This document shows, one piece after another, positions 27,078 through 42,500 of a stretch of 64,000 bases of DNA. Position 1 is the first letter of the stretch; each line of letters starts with the position of its first letter. The notes beneath the pieces were generated by a model that saw only the letters and a list, made by a program, of their open reading frames with translations, had not been told where the DNA came from and made no database searches. A program made the position numbers and the translations under genes. The stretch spans positions 186,001-250,000 of the forward strand of contig JAAOMT010000074.1 in the NCBI GenBank assembly GCA_016748015.1, in the 5' to 3' direction. Source of the stretch: Geosiphon pyriformis uo1. Taxonomy: Eukaryota; Fungi; Glomeromycota.

Positions 27078-27685
27078 NNNNNNNNNNNNNNNNNNNNNNN
27101 NNNNNNNNNNNNNNNNNNNNNNNNNNNNNNNNNNNNNNNNNNNNNNNNNNNNNNNNNNNNNNNNNNNNNNNNNNNNNNNNNNNNNNNNNNNNNNNNNNNN
27201 NNNNNNNNNNNNNNNNNNNNNNNNNNNNNNNNNNNNNNNNNNNNNNNNNNNNNNNNNNNNNNNNNNNNNNNNNNNNNNNNNNNNNNNNNNNNNNNNNNNN
27301 NNNNNNNNNNNNNNNNNNNNNNNNNNNNNNNNNNNNNNNNNNNNNNNNNNNNNNNNNNNNNNNNNNNNNNNNNNNNNNNNNNNNNNNNNNNNNNNNNNNN
27401 NNNNNNNNNNNNNNNNNNNNNNNNNNNNNNNNNNNNNNNNNNNNNNNNNNNNNNNNNNNNNNNNNNNNNNNNNNNNNNNNNNNNNNNNNNNNNNNNNNNN
27501 NNNNNNNNNNNNNNNNNNNNNNNNNNNNNNNNNNNNNNNNNNNNNNNNNNNNNNNNNNNNNNNNNNNNNNNNNNNNNNNNNNNNNNNNNNNNNNNNNNNN
27601 NNNNNNNNNNNNNNNNNNNNNNNNNNNNNNNNNNNNNNNNNNNNNNNNNNNNNNNNNNNNNNNNNNNNNNNNNNNNNNNNNNNNN
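27078..27685. other. Assembly gap (N run)
   Basis: 608 N; size is roughly that of the missing LINE-B 3' end. Confidence 0.98.
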
Positions 27686-30600
27686 GAGAGCTTTCATAAA
27701 GTAAGTACGACAGCCCGTCATGTGCATACTGGTAAAACTGGATGCCAAGTGAGAATCGGGGTGCCACACCATAGAAGACTTAGACCAATTGATATCAGCA
27801 CATAAACTATTATCTACAACACGAGAACCAACTCCAATCTCCCAATGAGCTCAATAAACTGACTGGAAAACATCACGAACAAAGTGTCTAGAGTTACCAG
27901 AAACTGCTGTACCACCAGCACATAGAAAATGTTCACTGACTAAATGAGGTAGACACCAAGCAGAGAGAGCAGCACCTTTGGCAAGCGTATCAGCATGCTC
28001 GTTGCCTGAGATACCTGAATAATCTTTCACTTTAACCCAATTCACATCCAAATTCTTTTGATGAATGACGGTGGCAATGTGATGACGCTTGATCCAACAG
28101 TGGTTCCTGAAATCTGGACAAACCAGTGAAGACTTTGACCTACATGCATCCAAAGCAGTCTGGCTATCCGAGAACAAGTCAATCGAACAAGAAAAAGAAA
28201 CACACTTAAGGGCCAAAGCTATGGCTTGCAGTTCTGTTAGAGTAGAAAAAACCAAACCAGACACCCCAACACCCAAACCCAAGTTAATATCCTCAAAAAA
28301 AATGGCAGCACCTGCTCTCATGCCAACAGTGCCCAGACCAGAAAGAGATCCATCCGTATACACAGAAAGGTGGGCAGCATCAATGGTTGGCAAAGTGTCA
28401 CGAATTACACCAAAATCATGAGAAAGACAAATATCAGACACAGCATGACCATCCACCAAAGAAAAACTTGAGAAAAAAGGCACAATGCTACCAAGAAAGT
28501 GAATGGAAAGATTGAACCAGAAAGGAACTGGGCCACAAGGGTCCAGTCTCTTCCAATGCTTGAAGGTCCCCCAACTGAAAACATTACCATTATGGTCATG
28601 AAGCTGTTCCACGAAAGCAATTCCATAATGCCTGAGCGAAGAGATGCACTTGAAAAAACAGAATTCACCAAAAACCAAAGACATAGAAGTACCACACCGA
28701 TGACGAAAAGCACAAGCTAGAGAGCCTCCCAAAGACAAATCACACCCAGAAAAAATGTGAACCACACCCGCCAAAAAATTATCTGAGGAACTAATACCAA
28801 CATGAGCCGGAAACAGCAAGGGATGATGAGAACGCCAGCTGAGAACCTGGAGGTCATGAGACCTATGAGAAAACAAGCGACCCAAGACACCAGTAGAATT
28901 TGCAAAAGCAACAACAGAGGCCGATTTACTCTCAGCCTGGATCTGTTCGAAAGTTTTTAAATTGTACAAAGAGGGGTGATGAAGTGCATCACTGGGGAAA
29001 TCACATGGCAATCCAGACTTAGACTTTAAGATCTTGCGTACCAAAGCATCCCATTTATTACAAACACCAACAGAAATGAAACTGAACTGAGTTCTGTAGC
29101 TGATAATAGGAAAAAGAACTGCAGACACCAAATATGCACACTGTTTGTCCGAAATCGCTTTTCTCAAAACAAGATTCACAAAAAACCGTACATCAGCCTA
29201 AGCTTTAGCCAAGCTAGGCTTCGAAAGACCCTCAGAAGACAAAAAAATACCCAAATAGCGATGAGATTCCCCTCTCTTGGCAATGGAAATAGGCACACCA
29301 CTGATAGTTAAATGAGGATCCAGCACCCGGCAATTAATGGGGATGGCCACCGTTTTGTCATTGTTTACAGAAATATTGTTAAACCTAAAAAACTCACTAG
29401 CAACATCAAGGATGCGTTGTGTAGCAGCCTGGCTGCTACCAATCCAAATAGTATCATCAACAAAAGCACCAGCTGCAAGAAACGAAGACAGCTCAGCTTG
29501 AGAATCCACCTGGCCGGTTCTTGATATGAAATGAGAATTCAATCTATAGCCATACACACTATCCTGTCTTTTGACTTCGCACAAAAGTGAATCATAAAAA
29601 ATATGCCAGAGAAGAGACAAGAAGACTTCTCCCTGATTCAGCCCATTGTGGACACAATACCCATCAGTCAAGCCAAAGTCAGTCATTACTCTGTTGATGT
29701 GACTATTGTGAATACTGCCAAAAAATCTAATAAACCTGTTACACATTTTGATCCTGACTAGACTCCTCTTAAGATGTTCTCAACCAACCGAGTCATAAGC
29801 CTTGCAGATGTCCTGTAAAACCAGCCAAAGTTCATGGTTCTTTTCCAAGACATCCTCAACCACAGAACTGATAGCAAAAATGGGAGATTGTGTCATCGTA
29901 CCCTTCAAAACCAAAAAATTGTCCCCACGAAGAACATCAAAAGTGCTGCAAGCCAGAGAGATCCTATCCGAAAAGATCTTGGAGAGAATCTTGTGGGCCA
30001 TTTCAATTAAAGCTATAGAATGGGTGTTTGTGAGAGCACCTTCCCATTCATATGGTTTAGGAATCATCGAAACCCAAGCTTCTCTCCAAGGCCCAGGGAC
30101 TGACTCGCCAACCAAACAGAAATTCAAGAGCACCAAAAACATATCCAAAACAGATTTGTCACAATGTTTCCATAATTCATTGGAGATACCAGAAAAACCA
30201 GCCGCTTTTCCATCAGGAAGATCCTTAACAACAGCTGACAACTCATCAAAACTAATCGAACACATGACGTCAGAGAAAGCACCATCGAACATGTAATCCA
30301 GAGGCCGATATTGACAAGCCCAATCCTCAGACAAGTCAGACACCACTTCATGTTTTCTGGTCCATCCTTCCATAATTTTGTCCACCTTAGACTTAACCAA
30401 AACAGGCTCTAAAATCAACTCATCATCTACAACCAAATGATCCAGGACCATCTTGCGAAAAGGACACTCCAAAACACTCCTAATGGTGTGACTCTTGTTC
30501 AGCTCAAAACTCTCCATCCTTTTATCAATAGTCTGCTTGATCGAGGATTCCTCAGCGTGCTTGGATTCCACTAATTTAAAAGAGCGGTATGATTTTCTTG

Positions 30601-31768
30601 CTTTGGCCAGCGCAGAACGAATAAGATCAAAATTAGAACCTAAAAGAAACAGAGACTTAACCACTAATGCACCAGAAGAGTTGAGTTTGTGCCACACCTC
30701 CAACAAAGAAGCAAAACTATCACTAGAAGCCAAACACGAAGCCTTGACTAACTTAGAAACCAGCAGCTCCAGCTTGTGAAACCTAAAAGAAGTCTTGGTA
30801 AACACGTCATCAAAACCTTTGAACCATTTTTTCTTAAATGTACCACCCACTGAAAGAACCATAATCTTGCGAACAATGTCCCACATAGCATCCACATCTG
30901 AAAATCTTACTGCCACACCAAAAGCATCCGAGAACATAGAGGCATTAGCAGCTAAGGCATTCCTAAACTCCAACCACTTAGCTTCACTGGCACTATTAAC
31001 GTCAAACTTCCAACGGTTTTTATTCACTTGCTTGTGAAGAGAAATCAAACGCGTATCCAAGAGCCCGTCCAAACCCAAATCCACTGAAACAGCTTGATGG
31101 TCCATGTCAAAATGCTCACTGACATTCAAAACTTCATGATGCACTATTGCATTAACAAGACTCAAGGAGACAAACACGTAATCAATTGTTTTCTTAACAC
31201 CTCTAGAATTTTCCCAAGTGGGCATTTTTGCAGCCAAGCTATCAACTAAAGAATTGACTAGACCCAAATCAAAGCATCTTTTGAAACTTGCACTTTTATG
31301 AGAGCTGTTTTCATTAAAATCGCCACCGAGAATGATGAAAAAAGATTCGTTGACAGCCTTCACAATGAGAGAATTAATTTTACCAGCCTGAGAGAACCAA
31401 ACCACCGAAGAAGCACCAGCATAAAGCCCCAAAATTGACACAGACAGTTTGCCTTTGAAAAGTAATTTAATGGAAAGGAGCCAACTAAGCACCTCAGAAA
31501 CTTTGCACACATGACGAGCCAAAAAAATGTCCATGATAACAGCAATACTCGCACCCAAGTGACCAGAGTCCAAACCAGAAGAAAACATTCGGACACCATC
31601 AAACTTGTCTGCAATCCATGGACAAATCCTACTTTTTAATTTCGTTTCAGTAACGATAGAGACCAAATTGTTCATTTCCTTATGCCACCTAATAATGTCC
31701 TCTTGCTTAGCAGAATTGTTTATGCTCCTGATGTTGCACATAGTAACTTTCCAAACTAAACTGCTCAT
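27686..31768 (-). pseudogene. LINE-B ORF2: APE, RT, RNase H
   Basis: VTETKL, GGDFN, TIDYVFVS, MDH (APE); AFVDDTIW, RYLGIF (RT); YTDGS, TELQAI, FSDSQ, GNEHAD (RNase H). Confidence 0.92.
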
Positions 31769-33558
31769 TGAGTGAGAGGTAGAGACACTGAAAGCACACC
31801 TATACTATCTACTTTGGCTGAAAGGCCCAGAACCATCTCCATTAGACACTTCATGCTGTCTTCCAGCTTAGACACCGAAGACATATCAAAAGACATCACT
31901 CCCACAAAATTCCCACCACCAGTGGACACACCTGAACCCTCACTTATCACTACATCCACCCCTTGATCCTGTGATGAAGGGATCACCAACAGCTGACATC
32001 CAGAGCTAGGCTGGAGAACCATTGGCCCAAGTGCATCCAACCTCTTAGCCAGCTTACCAACTTGCTCTGCAAGGCTGGCGAGACTGCACTCAAGAGCGGC
32101 GAACTTATTGTTGACTTCTATCACAACTGGTTGGGACGGCTTTATCTCCGAAGAGGAGCCATCATTCACCACAACGTTTTGACCAGAGAGAGAAGGCGAA
32201 AAAGACCTGCGAGCAACCTCTGCCCAAGAGAGACCACCAAAAGAGACTGGATGGGCAACTGGAGCCAAGCGTTTGACATAGATGGTAGCTAGCCTGCTTT
32301 TATCCATATCTGAGAAAACTCTACGCAGCGACCTACTAGAAGATAATTTCCCACCAACCGTACAACCCAATAACATGTGACCCAATTTCTCACACTTGGC
32401 GCATTTAACAAAAATGAGGCAAGACCAGCAGAGATTGGTGTTTCTGAGTACTGGCGTGGTTCCCACAGCAGCATCCAATGATTCAGCAGAGTCGAAACAA
32501 ACAACAGCACACCTGGCCCAAGCATATGTAACAGAATGACAATCAATGACGCACGTTTTCCCACCCACAGATCTAACAAAGTCTCAGATATCATGAGTGT
32601 TGGTCCCCATCGACAATGTATATAGCAGTGCCTTATGTTGGTCCCTTATATCCCATGCTTTCTTATCTGAATCAGCCCTAGCCACATGTACAGCATCTTT
32701 CCCAATTAAGATGGACCACTCAGCTGCGACCAAATCAGCCTGATCCGATCATTCGAATTTTACCATCGCCTTCTGCCACAGTCCGATTAACTGCATCTTG
32801 ATTGTCTTAATAACTCCAAACTCGGAAAGCGCAGCATGCACAGCCTCAGCCGATGTTTCAATTGGAATTTCTTTCATGACCACAGCCCAATCTGATCGTC
32901 CAGATGACCTCTTAAGATCGGTGTTTATCATAATATTCACACCAGTAGCCTTTTCAGTGGCCTTTATTAGACCCGATTTGGAAGTGAAAGTTGCTCTGAT
33001 GATCCCTGAGAATTTTGAGGGGGTAGATGTCCCCCCAAAACCATTAATTCCAGAAAATAATTTTCTCACTACCACAAGCTTTTCCTGAGAAGATTTGCCA
33101 GCCACTTTATCCAAGCCAATATTCAATGCAAATGACTTCCTGACTGGAACATTGACCAAATTTTTCATAGAAGGAGGGAGCTCAAGAGGAGCATCTGAGA
33201 GAACACCATCATCACTACCATCTTTTAAGAAGTCAATCTTTCTCAACGGCTTGCCCAATGTCTTTTTGGTTCTAACCTTTGAACTTGTGGGCATCTGATC
33301 ATAATTTCCACCAGCCAGAGCTCCACCTTCACCATAATCAAAATTGGTTTCTTCCACCAAACACTCCTCTTCCATATCAACACTTTCAGACTCAGTAGTG
33401 TCCCCAGTCTCTGAACCCCATGAACAAACTCCAGGAACTCCAGCAGCAACCCCTCCATTATCAACACCCTCTGCCAACACACCTCCCTTCCTCTTCTTCC
33501 TTGATGCAACCACCTTAAAACCACTCTCAGAACCAGAAACTTTAGCAGTTTTTTTCAT
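31765..33558 (-). pseudogene. LINE-B ORF1 (RRM-like plus CCHC)
   Basis: ORFs 32749-33558 and 31765-32568; CAKCEKLGHMLLGC. Confidence 0.85.
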
Positions 33559-36500
33559 AACAGCAATAACAGAGCCAACAATGGTCTTATAATCGAAGAA
33601 CGGTTTTGATTTATTGTACTGAATGGTAAAAAACTTCTTTTGAAAAAACTTTTGACTCTTTTTTGGGAATTTTGGACAAAGGAAAGAAAGAAGTTTTTTT
33701 TTACTTAATTATTTTGTTTAAATTTATTTTAATATTATTTTTTTTAATAATATATTCCAAAAATTTGAGTTCTGTTTTTTTAAAAAAATATTTATTAGTA
33801 TTAAATTTTAATTATATATGTTTAAATTATCTAAATATTTATTATAAATAATACAAATATTTATTAAAAGTTTTGTAAAATATATTAATATTTTTTAAAT
33901 AAATAATCATTAAAAAATAATTGATATATTAATTAAGTTAAATAGTATAATATTAAACTTAAAATTTATTATTATTATTGTAATAGTTGTTTTTTTATTA
34001 ATAATTACTTATTAATAATTATTATTTAAATCAAGTATTAAAAACTATTTTTTTTTAAAGTATTAATTAATTTTTGAATATATGAAATTAAATAATTATT
34101 ATTATAAATAATAAGTTTTTTATAATTTATACAAAAACAGATTTTTCTATTTTTTTTGTATTAATACTATTAATAATATATTAATTTATTGTTTAATATT
34201 TTGTTAAATAAGTTTATAATTTGTTAATAATACTTAATAAATTTTTTGTTTTATTAACATTTTTTTTTTTAATTAATGAATAAAGTCCAAACATAGCTTA
34301 GTATAATACATTAAATAATTAATCTAAACTAGGTGTAAATTATGTATTTTTCTATATGTGACCAGTCATTTAGGCCAATCAAAACAACACTAAACATCTA
34401 TATAAACAGAGACAGAATTTCCAATACTTGAAAGAAATAAATGTAATTACAAAACTCAAAGACAACACCAAACACTTCATTAATACCTAAAAATCTTACC
34501 ATACCAGTAGAAAATGATAAAAACAACCCAGAAACCAACCTTGGAATCGAACTATCAAATAGTATTAGCCTATTTTTTTCCATAAAAGTCTAATGCTTAG
34601 CATAAACTACTTATATTTCCTTCCTAAAAACAAGACAAAAAACATGTACAAATTCCACAATTTTCTGACTTGCAATTTTGGTATTCTTGAAAACAGATGT
34701 GGCATCTTGAAGCCAATCTTTAAAGACAAAGTCTTTGCAAAAAGCTGTGCATACTGCAGTATTTGAGACACAGGAGGACAATAACTGAAACACACATAAA
34801 AAAAGAAAAAACAAACCAAAAAACACACACCAAACAGCTATATGGACATCCAATAAATGGCAATGAACAGAATCATTGACTATGCAAAAAAAAGCATGAT
34901 CTGAAACCTTAGTCTCATTACAATACAAACACAATACACTGGGATAACTCTTGTTATAAAGATGTTTATAAACAGCAACTGGTAATTAATGATGCAAAGC
35001 TTTTATGAAGTATGTTTGAACACTAGTAGTAAGCCTATTAGTAAAACTAGTAGCCATATGTAAATCAGAATGTCAGACTAAAGATAAGCAAGGCCAATCA
35101 ACATCCAAGTACAAACTACTATCCAAGACCTCAGACCCAAAACTAGTCTCCCATCATGAATGATGAATGGACCGAAAGCTTCCATAAACAAAATGTTTAG
35201 AATTATCAGAACAACACTACCATTAACCAAAATACAATATTTTTTCAAAATGAGAGGAAGATGCCAAAGAGAAAGAAAAGTAGTGTTAGCATATTCATTA
35301 CCCAAAATACCTAAATGACTTTTAACTTTGTACCAACTAATATTCAAATTTTTCTTCCTAATAATGTTCACAATGTGCTGATGCTCTACTCAATACTGAT
35401 TCCAAAAATCTGTATATACCAGCTCCAATTCCGATTTACAAGCATTCAAGACAGTCTAACAGTCCATAAAAAGACAAATTGAGCTAAAAGAAAGAACACA
35501 CTCAAGAGCCAATACAATAGTCTGTAGCTCTGCCAAAGTAGAAAACAACAAACCAGAAACCTTAATCCCCAAACCCAAATTCACATCTTCAAAAAAACTG
35601 CTGCACCAGCCTTTACACTAGCACTCCTTAAGCTCACCAAAGATCTATTCATATAAACAGAAAGGCTATTAGCCACAACATCTAACAAACTATTACCAAC
35701 ACACCTGAACTTACTAGACTCCAAAACACTCAAAGATTTAAAAACATCCAAAAAAAAAGGACCAGTAGGAGAAAAAGCTATTAAATTCAGAAAATTAACA
35801 GAAAGCCTAAACCAATCGGAAATAAGACTATATAGGTCCAGTTTTTTTCAGTGCTTAAAATTTTTCCAATCAAAAACAACACCCTTTTAATTACAAAGCT
35901 GTTTCACAAAAGCTATACTATAATGCTAAAATGAAAAAAGAAATCTAAAGAATTCAAATTCACCAAGAACAGACAACATAGAAGTTCTATTTCGAAAATA
36001 AAAAAAATTGACCATTGGACCATTTAAGAACAACTTGTACCCAAGAAAAATACGAACCACACCTGCCAAAAAATTATTAAATGGATTGACCCTAATACAA
36101 GCCAGAGAACTCAAAGAGTAAAGCAGACATCAACTTAGAGCCTATAAGTCGAGAAACCTGTGTAAAAACAAACAACTCAATATTCTAACAGAGTTTGCAA
36201 AACACATAACAGAAGTCACCTTGCTTTTAGTCTGTACTTGTTCGAAAGTTTTTAAATCATACAATGAAAGATGATAAAGTGCATTACTAGAAAAGTTGAG
36301 AGGCAGATTATATCTCAATTTCAAGCCCTTGCTAATCAAAGCATTCCACTTTTCACACATTCCAGCAAGGACAAACCTGAATTGCATTCTGTAACTAACA
36401 ACAAGATAAAAAACAGCTGACACCAAATAAGAAAATTGTTTATCTGAAATGGTTTTCCTTAGAATAAAATTGACAAAAACTTAATATCTGAATGTGCTTT

Positions 36501-37430
36501 AGTCAAACTAGGTTTTAACAAACTCTTAGTAAACAAAAAAATACCCAAGTAATAATGAGATTCTTCTTTCTTGGTAATGAAAATAAGTAGGCTACTGATC
36601 AATAAAGAAGGATGTTGTTACAGATAATTATTTGGGGTCTCAAGTCAAATAACAAACCCATAACTTGGTGCTTGAAAGCTATTCATGTTGATGATAATGA
36701 TTTGAAGATTTTAGTGTTCTAAAAGTTTTCTAAATAAGTCTTTTGTATAATGAACAGAGATTCAGTAGTGTTAATATTTGCAATTTTGTTTCAGTTGTTT
36801 TTCAATTTCTTTCTCAGCTTGGTGACTGGATTTATTCTGGCAGTTGTGCCCTTCTGGTAAGCTATCTGTTAATATATATATTATTACCCTTATTTCTGGG
36901 TCTTTTACCAGACTATCCGTGATGTCAATAACTCAGTGCTTTAATTCTCAATTAATTAGTATACAACAATAAAATCAAAGAAAAGAAAATAAAGAGAGAA
37001 AAGAAAATTAAAAGAAATAAAAAAATACCCAAGGCAATGCACAAATTAGTATTCTGTCAATAGCTGTAATCAAGAGCTATTGTTCCAGTATAGTTAAGTA
37101 TCAATGTTTATCAACATGAAGTGTTGATAGTGAAGAATGAATTGTGATAACAAATAGTTATTTATTGATAATTATGATTTTGGAAGGTTGCTTAGATTAA
37201 ATCTAAACTGGAAGGTCTGTTTTTTCAATTTTTAACACTACTGCCATATATACATAATTGAGATTTCTCAATTCCTCAATTCTTCATGACAGAAATTCTG
37301 GAATTCTGGAATCCTGCAATTCCTGAAAAGAATCCTGGAATTCCACATTTACTATGTCTACTTCTGATTGGCTAATAACTATGCTAAAATATCTTTTCTA
37401 TATTTCTATGAGTAACATTATTTCCTTCTT

Positions 37431-38090
37431 TTAATATTGAGCTCTATCAAAATCTAACTCTGTTAATTCCTCTTCTTAAAGTATTTTCTGAATATCATTT
37501 TTGAGAATTACTTGTGTTATTTGAATTTGTAATTCTTTAAATTGAGCATTGGTGATCTTTCCCAATTAATTACTAGTAACCATATCTATTGCTTTGTTAA
37601 GTAAGATTTCTGGTCAATTTTGGAATGCTGTATGTATTCGGTATATGGCTTGGGCCTGTGTGGACAAGTTGTTCTTCTCCACAAAATGTTCTAATTGTTG
37701 TAGTTTTCTTGTATCAAATAATTGCTTTGTTTTATCTGTATATAGATTCTGGATATTCATGTGTTGTCCCAAGTAAAAATAACAATAGTTTCTTGAAAAT
37801 TGTTGTATCCATCAATTCCAAGTTTCTTTAGTCAACTTTTGGTATAGTGACTTTTTTGTCAACTCTTTTATTGTCAATTTTACTTTTACAATGATTTTGT
37901 CATTGGTATTTTCTATTTTTTTTTGTGTTCTGTGTTGTGCTGTCTTTTTAGTGTTTTAATATCGGATGGTTTGTTGATTAATTGTAATTTCCATCTCTTG
38001 GTGTTGAATCAATTGAAAGAGTTGTTGTGCTAATGAGTAGATGTTGTTTGTAATTTCCATTTTTTTGATATTTTCTGTTGCATCTACCAT
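37431..38090 (-). pseudogene. A2 ORF3
   Basis: Reverse complement is collinear with 56809-57468. Confidence 0.7.
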
Positions 38091-38114
38091 GTCTTTATAT
38101 ATTCTTTTGCTGAA

Positions 38115-39497
38115 TTAATTTAACATGTTGTTGTCAATAATAATAATTGATTCCAGATCTCGTGGAATCTCATCTGGTTGGACTAGTATTCTTTGTATTC
38201 CTAATTGTGGAATATTACTGGTGGATGATAGTGTGATGTTGTAGTATAATTTCAGTCAATTTCCATGTGCTGCTTTGGTTAAGATTTTGTTATCCAGTCT
38301 TAATTTGTAAGCTCTATTTCTAAGAATTTTTTCTATGTGAAATGGTCCATCCTATTTGGGGTTGAATTTTCTACTCCATTGTTTTTCTGCTTTGGTACGA
38401 TGTAAGAGTACTTTGTCTCCAATCTTGAATTTAACTGGTTTGTCTGATAGTTGATTATCATGTCTTTCTTTCTGTTTTTCTTGTGACTTTTGTATGTTAT
38501 CAGCTGCTCTTCTTTGTTTGTTTTCTAATGTTTCCATTAAGTCATATGTTCTTCTTAACAATGTTTTTTGGAAATTCTCTTCTGTTATTGGTTCAGTTAG
38601 ATATGTATTAACCTCTATCTCAACTGGTAATGTTGCTGTTCTACTGTATATCAATTCAAATAGTGTTGCTTGTGTGGTGTCTTGCTTCATTGTCTGATAA
38701 GCAAATAATACTGATAGTATGAACAAATCCCATTTGTCTTGGTTTTTTTGGCTGAGTTTCACTATTGCTTCACACAATGTTCTATTAAATCTTTTAACTA
38801 ATCCATTGGTTTGTGAATGGTATAGTAATGATAGTGGTCTCTTAATTCCGAATCTTTGGCTTAGTTCTGCTAATGTTTTATTCACAAAATAGGTTTCTTG
38901 GTTTGATAATAATTCTTTTGGACATCTATGTTGACAAATTAGATCTTGATGGACAAATTCGGCAATGGATTCTGTATCCACTTTTTGAATTGCTTTTGCT
39001 TCTGGCCATTTAGTAAAATAGTCCATGACTACTGCAATATATCTGTTGTCTCTGCTGGTAATTGTCAATGGTCCAACTAAATTGATTTCAATGTGGTCAA
39101 ATGGTTGTTCTATTTTGATTGGTCTTAATGGTTTGCTGGGTTTTGTTTCTCCTCTTCTTTGACAAGCATCACAATTTTGCACATATTGGATGATGTCTGG
39201 ATACATTGATGGCTAATAGTATCTCTTTCTGGTTCTTTTCATGGTTGTTTTTTTATAAAAATGTCCTGCAGTTGGATCTGAATACATGTTGAACAGTATT
39301 GTCTCTTTTTCTGATTCTGTAATTACTCTGGTTGGTTGATCTGAATCTTTTTTATTTTTCTGATAAAGTATATTTTGGTGAGTGATAAAATATTTGGATT
39401 GTTGGTTGATCCTCTTTTGTTCTGGTTGAGATAATTTCTCTTTGCACTGTTAAGTATTTATATAATGTTGAAGTTGTTGATATTTTTGTGTATTTAT
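38115..39497 (-). pseudogene. A2 integrase ORF
   Basis: ORF 38352-39206; DDE positions read N, N, K; start codon reads ATA. Confidence 0.87.
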
Positions 39498-39558
39498 CTT
39501 TTGTTATATTTATGTGAACATTGTTTTGGTTTTGTTATATTTTTGGGTTGAAATGTTC

Positions 39559-42500
39559 TTAGATTTGTCTCATTTGTAACAAACCATTGGCATTTCCATT
39601 GTCTTTTCCCTTTTTATAATGTATGGTATAAGTATATAGTGAAAAAGCCATTTTCTATCTTGACTGTTTTCTGTCTCTGAATTTTTGTTTTTGGAGTGAT
39701 GTCAATTTTTTGTAATTTGTGTATACCTCAAACTTTTGGCTCAAGTATTCTTTCCATTTTATAACTGCCCAATAGATTGCTAGATGTTCTAATTCTGGTG
39801 TTCTATAGTTCTTTTCAGCTGGAGTCAAACCTTGGCTGGCATATGTGACTGGATGTTCTCTTCCATCTGATTCTCTCTGAGATAGTATTGCTCCCAATGC
39901 TTGACCTGATGCATCAGTGGTAATAATGAATGGTTTGCTGTGATCTGGATAGATTAATATTGGTGCTTGGATAAGCTTTCTTCTTAATGTGTCAAAAGCT
40001 TCTTGTTGAGCTTCTGTCTATTTATATTTTACATTTTTGGTTTGAAGATGGTAAAGTGGTTAAGCTATTTTGAAAAAATCTTTAATAAAGCGGCAGTAGT
40101 ATCCAGCCAATCCCAAGAATGCTCTTAATTCTGTGAAATTAGTTGGTACTAGAAAGTTCTTGACAGCTTCAATCTTGTCTGAATCTATTTTGATGCCGTC
40201 TTTGCTTACAACATGTCCCAAGAATTTTAATTCTGTCTTTTCAAAGAAACATTTGTTGGCATTTAGCTTCAATTCTGCTCTTTTGAGTCTTTCGAACACT
40301 TGTTGAAGATGATATAGATGATCATCAAATGTTTTTGAGAACACATTGGTATTATCCAGATATACTAATACTGATTTCTATAATAGTCCAGTATAGACAA
40401 TTTTCATAAGCCATTGGAATGTTGCTGGCACATTCATCAATCCGAATGGCATCACTTCAAATTCGAAATTCTCTTCTCTTGTTGTGAAAGCCATTTTCTC
40501 TTTATCTTCTGGTTTCATGGCTACTTGCCAGTAACTACTGTCTAAATCTAATGTTGAGAACCATTTCTTTTCACTAAAAGCATCAAATAATTCTTGGATT
40601 TTTGGAGTTGGATAGCTATTTTCTTTTGTTACTTCATTTAATTTCCAGTAATCCACACAGAAGCAGATTTTTCTATTTTTCTTATAGACTAGTACCACTG
40701 GTGATGACTATGGGCTCATTGATGGTTGAATTAACCTATTGTCAAGCATCTGGTTGATTTCTTAATGAATGATTTCATGGCTGGCTGGTGGTACTTTATA
40801 TGCCCTTTGTTTAATTGGCATAGCATCTCTAGTCTTGATCTGATGCTGGATGATATCAGTTCTGCCAAATTCATTTTTACTGGCAAAGATGTCATTAAAG
40901 TTGTTGAGTAACATCTTGAGTTACATACATTGGAGTGGATCTAAATTTCCCATGTTCATTTGTTCTAATTGTTCTGGTTGAAGCAAATAATATTCATTTT
41001 GTCTGTATATAGTTTGTGATGTAATATCTACATATCTACACAATTGTGGAAAGTCTGAAATAGTGCTTGGTGGTTGATCCTCAATTTTAGTGCTCAAGTA
41101 TCCGATGGTGGTTCCCTCTAGTATTGTGATGGTATCTTCTGTTGTATTGTAGATGGAAATTTTGATATGGCTGTGGCTTTTGGCTGGTATGTGGAGATTG
41201 ATGAGTCCAATCTCTCTTGATTCACAAAGGCTTGTCTCTGCTTTAAAAATCTGATCTTCTTCTCTCACTTTTCTCTCTATAACTACCATGTACTGGTCAT
41301 ATGGTGAAATGGAAATTACTTGACTGGTTGAGATAATTTCTCCTTGGCCAACAATTTTTTCCTTTGCCATATTAACTGGTACATTTATTCTACCCATGGA
41401 TCCAAATCTCTGTATTCCTCTAGCTGTTATTCCTAATTCTTCCCTGTTTCTTACTGACACTAATAAGCTACTCTAACCAGAAGCAGGAATATTACCTGTG
41501 CTATCTTTTCATTTGGCTCTATGATATAGGCTTTTTCTGAGTCATTTTGTAGCATTACCATGATATTTCTTACATATTTGGTGTCAATGATTCCTCCTCT
41601 TATAGTAATTCCTCTTTTTGCTAAACTACTTCTGAAAGCTAGTTGAATCATAGTTATTGTTGGTATTTCCAATGCTATTTTCAGATCAATGCAGGTGTGT
41701 GAATATGGCTCCAATTTGATGACATCTTTTTCTGAATACCTTAGATCAAACTCAGCATTAGTATTATGTACATGTTCTGGCATGATACCCTCATTATTAT
41801 CGCTGAACCATTTAAGTTACTGTTTCTTGATAAGGTCAGGAAGCGCAATGTATTATTCATATTTTGAGTTGGAGTTTAAATCTGAGTTGGAATTGTACTG
41901 TTTTCTAAGTCAGTAAAGACATCCAGATTGAGAACCAAAACAATGTCTGTTGGTTTTGGAGAGTTATTCTTAATTTCCAGAATTTCACTGGATAAAGCAC
42001 CTTCTACTTTGGCATTGGCTATTCACCAGATCTTGTCCTCGTCATGTGAATATCTTTCTAGTGAGAGATCACTCGGTGCCAAGCTGCCATGATGGGTGTT
42101 CCATGACTTATCTAGTTGCTGATGAGAATCATGTATTGGCATAAGGTGTTACACGTTTCTTCTCAACCAGGAATGTCATTCTACATTCCTTTATCAAGCA
42201 GTTGCTCTCCACAAGCGAGACATGGTTTGTTGTCTCATTTATCTTAGCACTTTCGATATTCATATTGTTCCCTATGGCAAAGCTTACAATAGTAATAAGT
42301 TCACATTCAATAGTCTTTATCTGGCGCTACCCAAGCTTCCATTAAGAACAGTTTTTTCCCACAGTCCTTGCATTTGAGAGGTATATATGGGGGCTCTTTT
42401 ATTGGTTCACATGAATATTCCCTTTTCTAGCCACTAGTTATTTCTTCTACAGAGATAGTTTCTTCTTGTGCGTCTTCTTTTCTTTCCTATCCTTTTCTTT

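Larger units (their letters stand above)
27054..33703 (-). mobile_element. LINE-B, full-length, least decayed copy; 3' part falls in the gap
   Basis: Poly(A) at 27054-27077; TSD CTTAATTATTTT at 27046-27057 and 33704-33715; long ORF fragments (662 aa, 442 aa). Confidence 0.9.

Noticed and set aside
27047-27772. Long ORFs of 241 and 238 aa
   Set aside because: Artefacts of translating through the N gap.
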